Below are positions 1-10,670 of a stretch of DNA of 28,867 nt, in pieces. The stretch is from Octopus sinensis (taxonomy: Eukaryota), in contig NW_021833481.1 in assembly GCF_006345805.1 (NCBI RefSeq), positions 1 through 28,867 of the forward strand, read 5' to 3'. The notes beneath the pieces are model-generated. The model saw only the letters and a list, made by a program, of their open reading frames with translations, was not told where the DNA came from and did not search any database. Numbering within the stretch: position 1 is the first letter of the stretch; each line of letters opens with the position of its first letter. The position numbers and the translations under genes are program-made.

Positions 1-351
1 TCGAGACCTTGAAATAAGAATGACATTTCCTTTCCATCAGATGGCGCACTACCCTAATATGGGTTAAGCGTTCGGAAATGGTTAAGTGTAAATTTGGAGC
101 GGTTGGGTATAGGACTACATGGAGCAATATGAGTGGCCATAGCGTTCACCAGATCTAGCGCCACTTGACTTTTGCTTATTGGGTGTACTGAAAGATGTTG
201 TTTACAAGCTTAAAGCGGAAACAATTTCTGAATAAAAACATGCAATTTCTGAAATTAACATTGAAATTATCAAATGGTTTTTAGAAGTGTTAATTGTAGG
301 TTTCAGCGTATAATTAAACACGATGAGAAGCATTTTGAACACGTTAAATAG
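1..351 (+). mobile_element. Decayed Tc1/mariner transposase C-terminus, DD41D (rosa-like) spacing
   Basis: Frame +1 gives DISFPSDGALP*YGLSVRKWLSVNLERLGIGLHGAI. After a 1-nt frameshift at 130 it reads EWP*RSPDLAPLDFCLLGVLKDVVY, and it ends ...HFEHVK* (TAG 349-351). These match the QQDGAPPH, WPPRSPDLTPLDF and HFEHL motifs. There are 41 residues between the second and third catalytic D. Confidence 0.8.
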
Positions 352-487
352 TTTTTTTTTTGAATCATGAAAGGTCTTGTTGTTTTGATGAGAGACTTCT
401 AAAAAAATTTTTTTAAAGAACTGGAATTTTTTTCTCTCAATAAAAAGTTTAATAAAAGATGTTAGTCATTATTTACATCGCACTCTG

Positions 488-800
488 AGTGTGTGTATGT
501 GTGTTTCAATAAGTGTGTGTGTGAGCGCATGTACGTACGTATGTATGTATGTATGTATGTATGATGTATGTATGTATGTATGTATGTATGTATGTATGTA
601 CGTATGTATGTATGTATAGATAGATACATACGTACATAGTCAAACAAATATACGTACATAGATAACTAGATAAACAGACAGGCAGACAGGCAAGTAGTAA
701 AACTGTCAGACAGACAGATTGATAGCTAGATAGATAAATAGAAAGATAGATAGATAGATAGACTGATAGAATGTTAGATAGATATAGATAGATAGATATG
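488..800. repeat. Compound microsatellite (TG/TATG)n followed by (GATA/GACA)n
   Basis: Directly visible tandem tetranucleotides. Confidence 0.95.
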
Positions 801-3800
801 TTTCTTTATTAGCCACACAGGGCTGCACACAGATAGAACAAATTACAAGGTAGAGCTTTTCTTTTGAAGGTTTAAAAAAAAAAAAAAAAAAAAAGGAAGG
901 GGGAGTTTCGATCGAAAGGGATCGTAAAAGGAGAGAAAGAGGACAAAAAAAGGGGGGTTAAAAAAAAGGGGGAGAGGAAAAAACAAAAAAAAAATTGATC
1001 AATAGGGATCGTTATCACAGAAATGTCAATATGAAGTGTAAAGGGAAGGACAGGTGAGGTTTATCCGTGGAAAGAAAAGCCTACGGAAAAGACCACGGTA
1101 ACCTCGGTCAATGGAGTCACATGTTATATTTCTTTTTTTTTTTTTGCGAATAAGCAACTCTCTGTTTTCAATTTCTGGGTTCATAGGATCATGCTCAAGG
1201 TGGCTTCGTCATTCATACGTGCCATTCTTGCTACATTCACCCATCTTTTTTTAAAAATTCGCTAGACAAAACTTGCCTCTCTACTCTCACTTTCCTTTTC
1301 AAGTGGTACTTGAAGAAGTTGATGAGAGATTGACCAGAGAGGAAAGTGTTTGTCTCAATCCTTTCAGACGCGTCCACCAGATACATTCTTTCGCCATAGC
1401 CACAAGGATGATGAAAATAGTTCTTCCTTCCCGTTTGAAGGAGGGAGGCGTGACAATATTGACGATAGACTCAGCTGATAAACCGACTCGTCCCACACGT
1501 GACAGCAGTTGTTCGACATAAGCCCACAGGTCGGAAATTGTTGGACACTGCACGAGTGCGTGCAGAACGGTTTCGTCGCTCTGACCGCATCTCGGGCAGG
1601 TCGGCCCCGTGTTTCTCGAGCCGTGTCTGTAGAGCTTATCCCGAACGGGTAGCGCTTCTCGGTAGCACTGCCAGGCCAGGGATCTCTGGAAGTTGTCCAT
1701 GGGCCCTGGCCCGAAAGTCGTCCTGAACAGGCGGGTCAGGTACTCCTCGTCGACGTCCAGGTTCGCCCCGAGCTCGTCGTCGTACCTCCCCTCCACTAAA
1801 CCCCTATAGAATGCTTTGGTTGTGTTGAAGTCACTCAAGGTCGACCCAGGACGACAGAGTTGCTTGAGAGCAACGCGACACTCGCGGTGCCATTCGCCCT
1901 TCTTCGGCCTCTTTTTGATCCACGAATGCAGTTCGGTCATGGAGACGAGCTGCGGGAAAGCGTGCCTCACAAACGGCGACCACACCTGTTCACGTCGTCT
2001 ACATAGAGCCGAGATATCGCAGTCTCCAGCGTGTCTGCGCATCATCAACCACGGCATGCCCAGCCCTCCTTTTAACGGGTGTTGACAGCAAATGGATCGC
2101 CTGACCATCGGGACGCATCCTTCCACAAGAAGCGAAAGAGAATGCGTTGTAGTTTGGTGATGGTAGGGTCGGGACAAGGTACGACGGTCAGGCGGTAGTA
2201 GATGACGGACGCGATGTACGTGTTCGCCACCTCCGCCCGACCTTTTAGGACAGTTTCCTCTCGGCCCATTGCCGGGCGAGAGTGACCACCCTACTCGTTA
2301 TCTCGTTCCAGTTCTTCTCCACTTGGAGGTCCGGACCAAACCAGACCCCGAGCAACTCAACCGGCCGTCGGTCCAGCGTCCCACGACGGAGGCGCTGGTG
2401 GACGGCATGGGTTGCTTCTCCAGGTGCCTAGTCGCAAGCCCACTGACTTTTCCCGGTTGATTTTCGCTCCTGTCACCGCTTCGTAGTTTTTCAGTGTCTC
2501 GCCGACCTGCTCGATGTGCTCGTGGCTAGACACTATGACGGTGACGTCGTCCGCGTATGCAGACACGCTCGTCCCGCATCCCAGTTCTCGCGGGATGCCT
2601 CTCAAGGTTGCCAGCTTCCGCAATAATGGCTCGAGAGTCAATACGTATAGAAGTGACGAGAGGGGGCATCCCTGACGGACCGAACGTGCGATGTCGAAGG
2701 GTCTCGATAGATGTCCATTCACGCGAATTACCGAACGGATACCTCTGTACAAAGCGGCTATCCAGCCGCGGAAGACGGGACCGAAGCCAGCCGCTCCGAG
2801 GACCGCCTCCAAGTATCGATGGTCCACCCTATCGAAAGCTTTCGATTGATCCAAATTGATCAGCGCCCCACCCATGCCAGGTTCGTTAACTACCCTGTCT
2901 ATGATGTAGCGCATCAGGTGGAGGTTGTCATGGATGGTCCGGCCTGGCACGGCGCATGTTTGCGCCTGTCGACCAGTTTCTCGATGACAAGCGCCAACCT
3001 CTTGGCTAGTACCTTGGCCAAAATTTTCAAGTCTGCATTAAGCAGAGTGATGGGCCTAAAGTTATCTATTACATTTCCCTTGTTTAGATCTTCTTCAGCA
3101 GTGTTACGGCTCCTCGGCTCACAAAACCAGGAATGCTCCCGTTTTGCTGCCAGTTGCAGTACACCGCCGCCAAGAGATCTCCAAACAAGTCTGGCATACA
3201 ATTGTAAAGCTCGTAGAGTAGACCATCCAAACCCGGTGATTTGTCCCTCGAGCATTCTGCCATCGCTTCCTGCACTTCCGCCGCCGTGATGGCACCTTCG
3301 CAGCACCCTGCCTTTCTTGTCGAGAGTAGTGGTAGGCTATGTAGGTAGGCACTGAAGTCCACCCTACGTTCTTGCCCTCCACTCGTTCCGAACAGTCGGG
3401 CAAAATGCTGCTGAAAGGCCTCACACATTTTACTTGGCTCGAGCAATTCGCGCCCCTGTTCATCTACCAGGGACCGAATGGTGGCTTTGTTGCCCTGTTG
3501 CGCCTCTGCCACCCGGGCCTCTCTCGCGGCTCCAACACCTTCGTTCCTTAGAGCACGCATCCTAGCTCTGACAGCACATCCTTCGTGTTTGGCGTTGAAG
3601 TGTTGGTCGAGGGCCAACCTCGCCGCCAAAACGTCGGATGCGATGCCGCTTCTAATTGCCTCTTCTAGCTTCTTAAATAGCTCACCCTCTACTCTATTTC
3701 TATCTATGGCTAGTGCTTTGCTGTACCTAATCGCTTCTGCTTTTACTGCTCTCTTGAGGGCAAACCACCATTTGTTGTTGATGATGGCTCCCGTCAAAGC

Positions 3801-3843
3801 CCTCTTTACTAGTGTGCTAATCCGGTCTCTGAAAACCTGTCTC
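801..3843 (-). mobile_element. 5'-truncated Tx1-clade (L1 superfamily) non-LTR retrotransposon
   Basis: Minus-strand ORF2 pieces include NFRPITLLNADLKILAK, LINLDQSKAFDRVDH, SVRQGCPLS, SAYADD, LKGRAEVANTY, GGLGMP and the CCHC motif CPRCGQSDETVLHALVQC. ORF2 stop is at 1183-1181. The pyrimidine-rich 3' UTR carries AATAAA at 810-805. No endonuclease domain or ORF1 is present, and both ends abut (GATA)n. Confidence 0.92.
1181..3843 (-). pseudogene. Tx1-like ORF2 (linker, reverse transcriptase, zinc knuckle) split by about 8 frameshifts
   Basis: Track ORFs 3084-3797, 2914-3306, 2357-2950, 2072-2269 and 1299-2177 join into one RT polyprotein after single-base frame corrections. Confidence 0.88.
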
Positions 3844-3849
3844 GATAGA

Positions 3850-3941
<92 letters not shown>

Positions 3942-4010
3942 CAGATAGATAGACAGACAGATAGATAGACAGACAGATAGATAGATAGACAGATAGATAG
4001 ATAGATGGAT
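3844..4010. repeat. (GATA)n/(GACA)n microsatellite
   Basis: Directly visible; flanks the 5' junction of the Tx1 element. Confidence 0.95.
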
Positions 4011-4584
4011 AGCAATTGCATTATCTGGAATTCTAATCGGTGCCTCGTAAAATATATTTCGTTATACGTTCTCAGTTCGTGTGTTCAGGCATCAAGTACC
4101 GCCTGAGGCAAATCTGTTTTCATTATCCGGGAAACGAAAAGGTAGCACAGCATTGCAAGAATCTGAATTGAAAGAATGCCGTAAGCAAAGTTTCGCAGCA
4201 ATTCTTTAGTGACTTTATATTCAATTCTAAACAATGTGTGATTAACAACAATAAATAAATGAAATTTTACATAAATAAAGGTCATGAAGATCCTAAGCAA
4301 TTGTACATTATTTTAACTGATCACAGAACTGCAAGTGAATAAAAGCACAATCCAAGTTATTTATGCTAGAGGAAATATAAAACATTGAAATATTCACAGG
4401 TAAATGAACATGCGTAGGTATGCGTGTGTAAGTACATACCTGCGGGCATATACTTACATATGTTTGTGTGTGTGTATTTTAATGGGAAAGGCTGGTTTAT
4501 AGGATTACCATGGATTTCCCCTCCATAAAGGGTTTAACTTTATAGCGTATAGTCAGACCCCAAAACCTGTTGGCTTAAATGAGT

Positions 4585-4775
4585 GAGTGTGCGTGTACCA
4601 ACGTACGCATGTATGTATGTATGTATGTATGGATGGATGGGTGGGTGGATGGATGGAAGCATGTATAGATAATTGGGTAGTTTAGCAGACAAACAGATAT
4701 ACATGCAAACAGATAAATAGATAAACAGGGAGGTACACACCCACACACACACACATGGGAACACAAAGGAGTGAC

Positions 4776-4801
<26 letters not shown>
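4585..4801. repeat. Compound microsatellite (TATG, TGGA, CA, GA)
   Basis: Directly visible. Confidence 0.85.
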
Positions 4802-4807
<6 letters not shown>

Positions 4808-5033
4808 TGGAAAGACAAGAAAAGACGTCAACAAGAAACTATGACATTACAACCAGCCAGGCAAAGTCTTCGCTATATTTGCGGCACCTGCCAGGGGCAG
4901 TATTTGTCTAGGTTAAGACTACACAGCCACAGCTGGAGATATATTAGGGCATGAAATGTAAAAGCCGGACTACATTATTTTATGCGCAACTCCATTGTCT
5001 CCCGAGGTAAAAATGATGCCAAGAGCAACAACA
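4802..5033 (+). mobile_element. 3' end of an RTE (BovB-like) LINE
   Basis: Translation EKWKDKKRRQQETMTLQPARQSLRYICGTCQGQYLSRLRLHSHSWR resembles the RTE C-terminal CxxC...SRIGLxSH motif. The downstream sequence gcgcaactccattgtctcccgag...gatgcca...caacaaca resembles an RTE 3' UTR with a (CAA)n tail. Confidence 0.65.
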
Positions 5034-5794
5034 TCTGGTTATGTCTAACGTCTCGGTTACGAAATGTCGTAACAGAATCAGTCCTCGCTGTATTTTCTAC
5101 AGAAAATCTGTAGAGATGTAGTCAATACTTGTTCAAGGGACCACGCAGCAGGACTAAACTTCCAACGAAATGGTTGCTAAGCCAGCTTCTGCACAACACT
5201 CACATTCCAGTGCCTCTTTCATTAACCCATTGACTGCCATGATCCACATCAGGGGATCTGTTAAAAAACAATCTCACTGCCAGTTGTTCGTTGTATTTAA
5301 AGTGAATCTCTTATGTATGTTGCATTTGCAGAGGCGTATTGAACAATATTTAGTAGTTAAAATTTGTCATTATTAGCTCTGGCTATTTCTAGAGAACATT
5401 GTATCTCATAAAATGCAAAATTTAAACTACGAAAATATTGAATGTTCGAAACCTTTTTTCTTTTTTTTTTTGTTTTGTTTTTTTCGCATTTTCCATCTAT
5501 ATCATTCATTGATATTTTATGCACATTCGCATTTGATACTGCAGTTTCTAAAAAAAAAAGTGCTTATTATTGCAATTGAATGGAACATGATAAATATGCT
5601 TTGTTTTTCGCCGTTCCCAATTTGTGACTTTTCGAAAATTTTATTATAATCTATATAGTAATTCATATATAAAGGAAATTTAAATACTGTATATCATCTT
5701 AACTATTAAGAAACCAAGCAAAGCCCAAAAATATGAATAAAATGTTAATGGATCCAAGTGTAGTCCTCGATATATAAACTTTATCTAATCAATT

Positions 5795-6390
5795 ACTTTA
5801 TTCTTTTCTACTCAAGTCACAAGGCCCGAAATTTTGGGGGAGGGAGGGCAGTCGATTACATCGACCTCAGTACGCAACTGGTACTTAATTCATCGACTCC
5901 GAAAAGATGAAAGGCCATTCGACCTCTGCAGAATTTGAACTCAGAACGTAACGGCAGACGAAATACCTATTTCTTTAATGCTCACATGGGGATAAACAGA
6001 GAGGGAACAAACATGGACGGACAAACGGATTAAGTAGATTATATTGACCCCAGTGAATAACTGGTACTTATCTAATCGACCCCGAAAGGATGAAAGGCAA
6101 AGTCGACCTCAGCGAAATTTGAACTCAGAACGTAACGACATACGAAATACCTATTTCTATTTCTTTACTACCCACAAGGGGCTACACACAAAGGGGACAA
6201 ACAAGGACAGACAAACGGATTAAGTCGATTATATAGACCCCAGTGCGTAACTGGTACTTAATTTATCGACCCCGAAATGCTGAAAAGCAAATTCGACCTC
6301 GACGGAATTTGAACTCAGAACGTAGCGGCAAACGAAATGCTGCTAAGCATTTCGCCCGGCGTGCTAACGATTCTGCCATCTCGCTGCCTT
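5795..6390 (-). mobile_element. tRNA-headed SINE (family B here), trimer of nested copies
   Basis: Minus-strand head gcgagatggcagaatcgttagc and a body ggtcgataaattaagtaccagtt... repeated three times. It is flanked by the imperfect direct repeat aatcaattacttta/aattaattatttta and is absent at the paralogous site near 10250. Confidence 0.85.
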
Positions 6391-6704
6391 AATTAATTAT
6401 TTTATTAAGATAGAAATTCCTATTCAACACACAATTAATTACGTTATATTTAAGTCTGCAGAGACTTGGAAACAGCTTGCTAAAGCAGATGCAATCGGTC
6501 GAAAACTCCGCATGCAGGAGAGAGGCGCACCGTTTCGGAGCCTTCATCTCGATGGCTTTACAGTGCACCGCCTGCCCTCACTCACTGATGAGAGTCCTTT
6601 TCAGGATTATGATCTCTCCACTCATGCTCCATCATGCTCTGTCAGCCATATCTAGTCGCTGTCTCCTCTAACTATCACCTGGATCTTCTTCAACATTACA
6701 TTTA

Positions 6705-7320
6705 CTAGTCGTATCGCCCGGCGTTGCTCGGGTTTGTTTCGACCCTTTAGAATTGTAATTCTAAAGAAGGAGAGGAGCTTTCTCCGTCCGGGTTGCGGAT
6801 CCGCGGAACAAGCTGCCAGACGAGATGGTGAAGATGCCGACGACCGCTTTGTTCAAAGCCTCCCTGGACCTCAAGTGGCCTGAACTCTTTACATGAACAC
6901 CACCCTGTACTTAACTCCATGTCCCCCTACATGGCCTTGCTATTTGCTTTTGAGCCAAATTAACTAACTAACTAACTAACTAATTTTTGAAAAGTAAAAA
7001 TTTTGTATTATGTAGCTTGTTATACTCTTTAAGTGAACATTTCTCTGGTTGAACTACACCGAAAAATGGCGACACAGCTGTCAAAAAATAGCAAAAATAG
7101 GGATTTTCATAGAAAAAAAGCACCTTTTTGATCTAAATAATTTTTGGTGTTCACATGGTCCGATTTGAATTTCTTCTTCTATGGAAGGAAGAGCAAGCCT
7201 TCGTCTATCATACTCTCAATGTTGGTCAACTTGCGCCCCAGGGTCTCGGAGGAGATAGCATTAGTTGAAGGCTACCAAACCTGCCATACGCAGACCACTT
7301 CAGCTTTATATATACAGAGA
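6705..7320 (-). mobile_element. Non-autonomous Helitron
   Basis: Minus strand starts TC (7320-7319) and ends CTAG (6708-6705), with a subterminal hairpin cccgagcaacgccggg (6717-6732). It is inserted between A and T with no TSD. The paralogous empty site is near 10670. Confidence 0.75.
6761..6983 (+). mobile_element. CR1 LINE 3' fragment nested in the Helitron
   Basis: Translation RRRGAFSVRVADPRNKLPDEMVKMPTTALFKASLDLKWPELFT* (TGA 6894-6896) matches the CR1 ORF2 C-terminus. A (TAAC)n tail lies at 6961-6982. Confidence 0.85.
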
Positions 7321-7749
7321 TTTGCCGATGCTGGACACCAATTGATATCAACCACCGTCTGAAATAAATTACATCTTATTTATTAAACTCCTCTGTATAC
7401 TGTTTACATAATCCTTGCAATAATCCTTGCAAAATAAATAACCCGTTATATTTTTTCATTCAATTTTATTCATCTTCAATAATTTCTGTTCCTATTTCCG
7501 CCATTCTTTTATTTCTACTTCATTTCAGTTCATTTTAATGATACGTTATAATATATAAATGGTTCATATTGCACGGTATTTACTCATTTTTACACGTTTT
7601 ATTCATATTTAGATACCGTGGTTTCTTCAACGCATTTCCTTATATATAAATTTCTCCCAGTAAAATTTTATATCGCAAACAAACAACCACGCATATACTG
7701 AGAGACGCACAGACACACATGTACACCCTCCGTTATAAAAACACAGATA

Positions 7750-8516
7750 CACCTATATGCATATAATTACACACAGATACATGTATATACATTCATGCGT
7801 ATTTATATATGTGTGTGTGTGTGTGTGTGAGTGTGGATATGTGTATATGTTGTTTAAATACCTAAAGTATAGCAATAAGAGAAGGGAGTAAACGAACAAC
7901 GATTGTATGTTTAACACACACGAAATGTGTGTATATACATAAATAATAATAATAATAATATAATAATAATGATGATGATAATATATAAATATATGCATAT
8001 ATACATACATATATGTACATACCTACATCTATATGTATACATATAGATGTAGATGTGTACATATATGCATGTATATATTCATATATTTATATATTACTTT
8101 ATTATTATATGATCGAACGCCACACATCCTTTTGCAAGTATATATACATATATATATAATATATATACACATATATATATACATATATATACATATATAT
8201 ACATATATATATATACATATATATACATATATATATATACATATATATACATATATATATGTATATATATATACATATATATGTATATATATATACATAT
8301 ATATATGTATATATATATACATATATATATGTACATATATATACATATATACATATATATATGTACATATATATACATATATATACATATATATACATAT
8401 ATATATACATATATACACATGTATATACATATATACATATATATATACATATATACACATGTATATACGTATATATACATATATATATAAGTACATATAT
8501 ATACATATATATATAC

Positions 8517-8566
<50 letters not shown>

Positions 8567-8567
8567 A
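7750..8567. repeat. (TA)n/(TATACA)n/(TG)n/(TAA)n low-complexity array
   Basis: Directly visible; source of the YI/IH-rich spurious ORFs. Confidence 0.95.
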
Positions 8568-9153
8568 TGAAGAATGGAGGGCAAACATGTAAGTTATATT
8601 GTTGTTTTTAAAAATATTTAATTTGCTATAATTCAAAAACCTGTTGATTTTACTACCTCTGTAAAGCGTTGTAAATAACAACGTGCACTTTACCTACCAG
8701 CCTATTACTTACCTGGCGCCACCTCGTTAAGTATGACATCATTTAAACACATCCCTTTATTACTATATCCATGTTTTTGTTCAGCGACGCAAATATATAT
8801 TTTGTACATAATATTCTAAATTGTAATTTTTTTCTCCATCACCTTTTATTAATCTCATTAATTTTATCTTATAATATTATGTTTATCATATATCAAACGT
8901 AATAGATTTCACACATTAAATTCGCTTTCACTTGTTGACTGTTTTTTTTCTTCTTTTTTTCTTTTACTTACGTTCTTATTCCTTTGGTTGATCTATTATA
9001 CATCCCTCTGAGAATCAACCTGTTGATTACATACTTAGATAAGTTATTTTATATTATTCTACATTATTCAAGGCCATCATAATATATATATACCTTTAGC
9101 AATTTTTCCGTGCCACAGCTTAAACTCACTTTTTTCCTGAAAAGCAATAAGTA

Positions 9154-9595
9154 CAAGTGTACGAAATATGTATATTTCTACTCTAGGCACAAGGCCCGAA
9201 ATATTTGGAGATTAGATCGACCCCAGTACAAAACTGGTACTTAATTTAACGAACCCAAAAGGATGAAAGGCAAATTCGACATCGGAGGAATTTGAACAAG
9301 TGTACCAAATATATTGTTTCCAAAGCCGGAAATTTTTGGAGAGGTGGGCCAGTCGATTAGATCGACCCTAGTACACCACTGGTACTTAATTTATCGACCC
9401 CGAAAGGATGAAAGGCAAAGTCGACATCGGCGAAATTTGAACAAGTGTACCAAATATATTGTTTTCTACTCTAGGCACAAGACCGGAAATTTTTGAGAAG
9501 TTGGGTCAGTCGATTAGATCGACCCCAGTACACAACTGATACTTAATTTATCGACCCCGAAAGGATGACAGGTAAATACGACCATGGCGGAATTT
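9154..9595 (-). mobile_element. Three tandem ~144-bp units of a family-B SINE fragment plus flank
   Basis: Unit start caagtgtac(c/g)aaata at 9154, 9297 and 9442. Each unit carries the SINE body gatcgaccccagtac...ggatgaaaggcaaa. Confidence 0.85.
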
Positions 9596-9948
9596 GTTTT
9601 GTTATGTTATTTGTATTTCCCATCTATATCTTTCATACACATCCACATTTCATAAAATACTTTCCAAAAAAAAAATCTAAAATATTGACCATTGTATTTG
9701 AATGTAAAAGGATAATTTTTTTTTTTCAGCGATACCTATTTGGGACTTTTCGAAATATTTATCCTAATTTCCAAAATAATTCACACATGAAGAAAATTTA
9801 AATACTATGTAATATTTTAACTCCTACGACACCTGACAAAGTTAACAAATATGAAAAAAATGGCAGTTAGTGCTGAGCTAGCTTCTTCACCACATTCCGA
9901 TGCTTGCGCCAATTTTATTAATATTTTTTAAACTTAAATCCAAGTGTA

Positions 9949-10213
9949 ATAAAATATAATAAATGCGCCCTTTTAAAGCTTAGCCAGGATCATGGGCCTG
10001 GTTTCCAAGTTTCTATGGCGCATGTGTTCCCCAGCTGGATGGGACGCCAGTCCATCGCAGCGTTATCATTTTTACCAGCTGAGTGGACTGGAGTAACGTG
10101 AAATGAAGTGTTTTGCTCAAGAACGCAACGTGTCAACCAGTCCAGGATTCGAAACCACAATCTTATAATCATGATGCTGACACCCTAAACACTAAGCCAC
10201 GCGCCTTCACAAG
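9949..10213 (-). mobile_element. tRNA-headed SINE with CORE-like central domain
   Basis: Head gtgaaggcgcgtggcttagtg and central gttcttgagcaaaacacttcatttcacgttactccagtccactcagctg. TSD tccaagtgta at 9939-9948 and 10214-10223. A single tccaagtgta occurs at the paralogous site near 5752. Confidence 0.85.
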
Positions 10214-10590
10214 TCCAAGTGTAGTTCTCTATATATTTACTTTATCGAATCAGTCACTTAATAAGATAGAAATTCCTATTCAACACAATTAATTACGCTA
10301 CATTTAAGACTTGCAAAGAGTTGGAAACAGATGCAATAGGTCGAAAACTCCGCATACCAGATGCCAGTGGGAGCAGGAGTCATCAGGCGAGAGGTCCAGT
10401 ATATCGGGGATGCCCAGTATATCTCGACAGCATTACAGTGCACCGCCTGCCCCCACTCGCTGATGTGAGTCCCACACCCACTTTTTCGACAGATGTACTC
10501 CACCCCAAGCGCATTTCAGAATTATGGTCTCTCCACTCATGTTCCTTCGATCGTGCGTTTTTCAGCCATATCCAGTCACTGTCTGCCCTA

Positions 10591-10670
10591 ATCTTCTTCA
10601 AGATAGATCTTCTTCAAGATAGATCTTCTTCAAGATAGATCTTCTTCAAGATAGATCTTCGTCAAGATGA
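10591..10670. repeat. 16-bp tandem repeat atcttcttcaagatag: four perfect units plus one degenerate
   Basis: Units start at 10591, 10607, 10623, 10639 and 10655. The paralog has a single copy near 6683. Confidence 0.95.

Larger units (their letters stand above)
5480..9150. repeat. Copy 1 of an old head-to-tail segmental duplication
   Basis: Colinear homology to 9605-13400 at several landmarks: 5620-5703/9740-9821, 6405-6510/10260-10345, 7320-7700/10675-11030 and 8567-9120/12802-13350. Confidence 0.85.

Noticed and set aside
1273-3463. Plus-strand and alternate-frame ORFs overlapping the LINE
   Set aside because: Shadow ORFs of a GC-rich retroelement coding region.
5056-5114. Two adjacent hairpins (gttacga/tcgtaac, tctacaga/tctgtaga)
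   Set aside because: Short 7-8-bp stems are expected by chance in AT-rich DNA, with no supporting context.
5222-5238. TTAACCCATTGACTGCC, resembling a piggyBac-type terminus
   Set aside because: No matching inverted end or transposase found in the window.
6586-6615. CTGATGA followed by an agtcc/ggatt stem (hammerhead-like)
   Set aside because: No GAAA or stem III follows, and the motif is not conserved in the paralog.
8029-8681. Long YI/IH-rich ORFs; likewise HSLT ORFs (15661-16589), poly-M/poly-I ORFs (15056-15449, 17832-18294), SL-rich ORFs (18433-19145) and YH ORF (25471-25746)
   Set aside because: They are translations of microsatellites that lack stops in several frames at once.
8706-8716. 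tacttacctgg, matching the 5' end of U1 snRNA
   Set aside because: Only 11 nt match and no U1 body follows. It is better read as a minus-strand splice-donor-like site.
9154-9595. Regularly spaced repeats as a CRISPR-like array (also 10591-10670)
   Set aside because: Eukaryotic context with no unique spacers or cas genes; these are plain tandem repeats.
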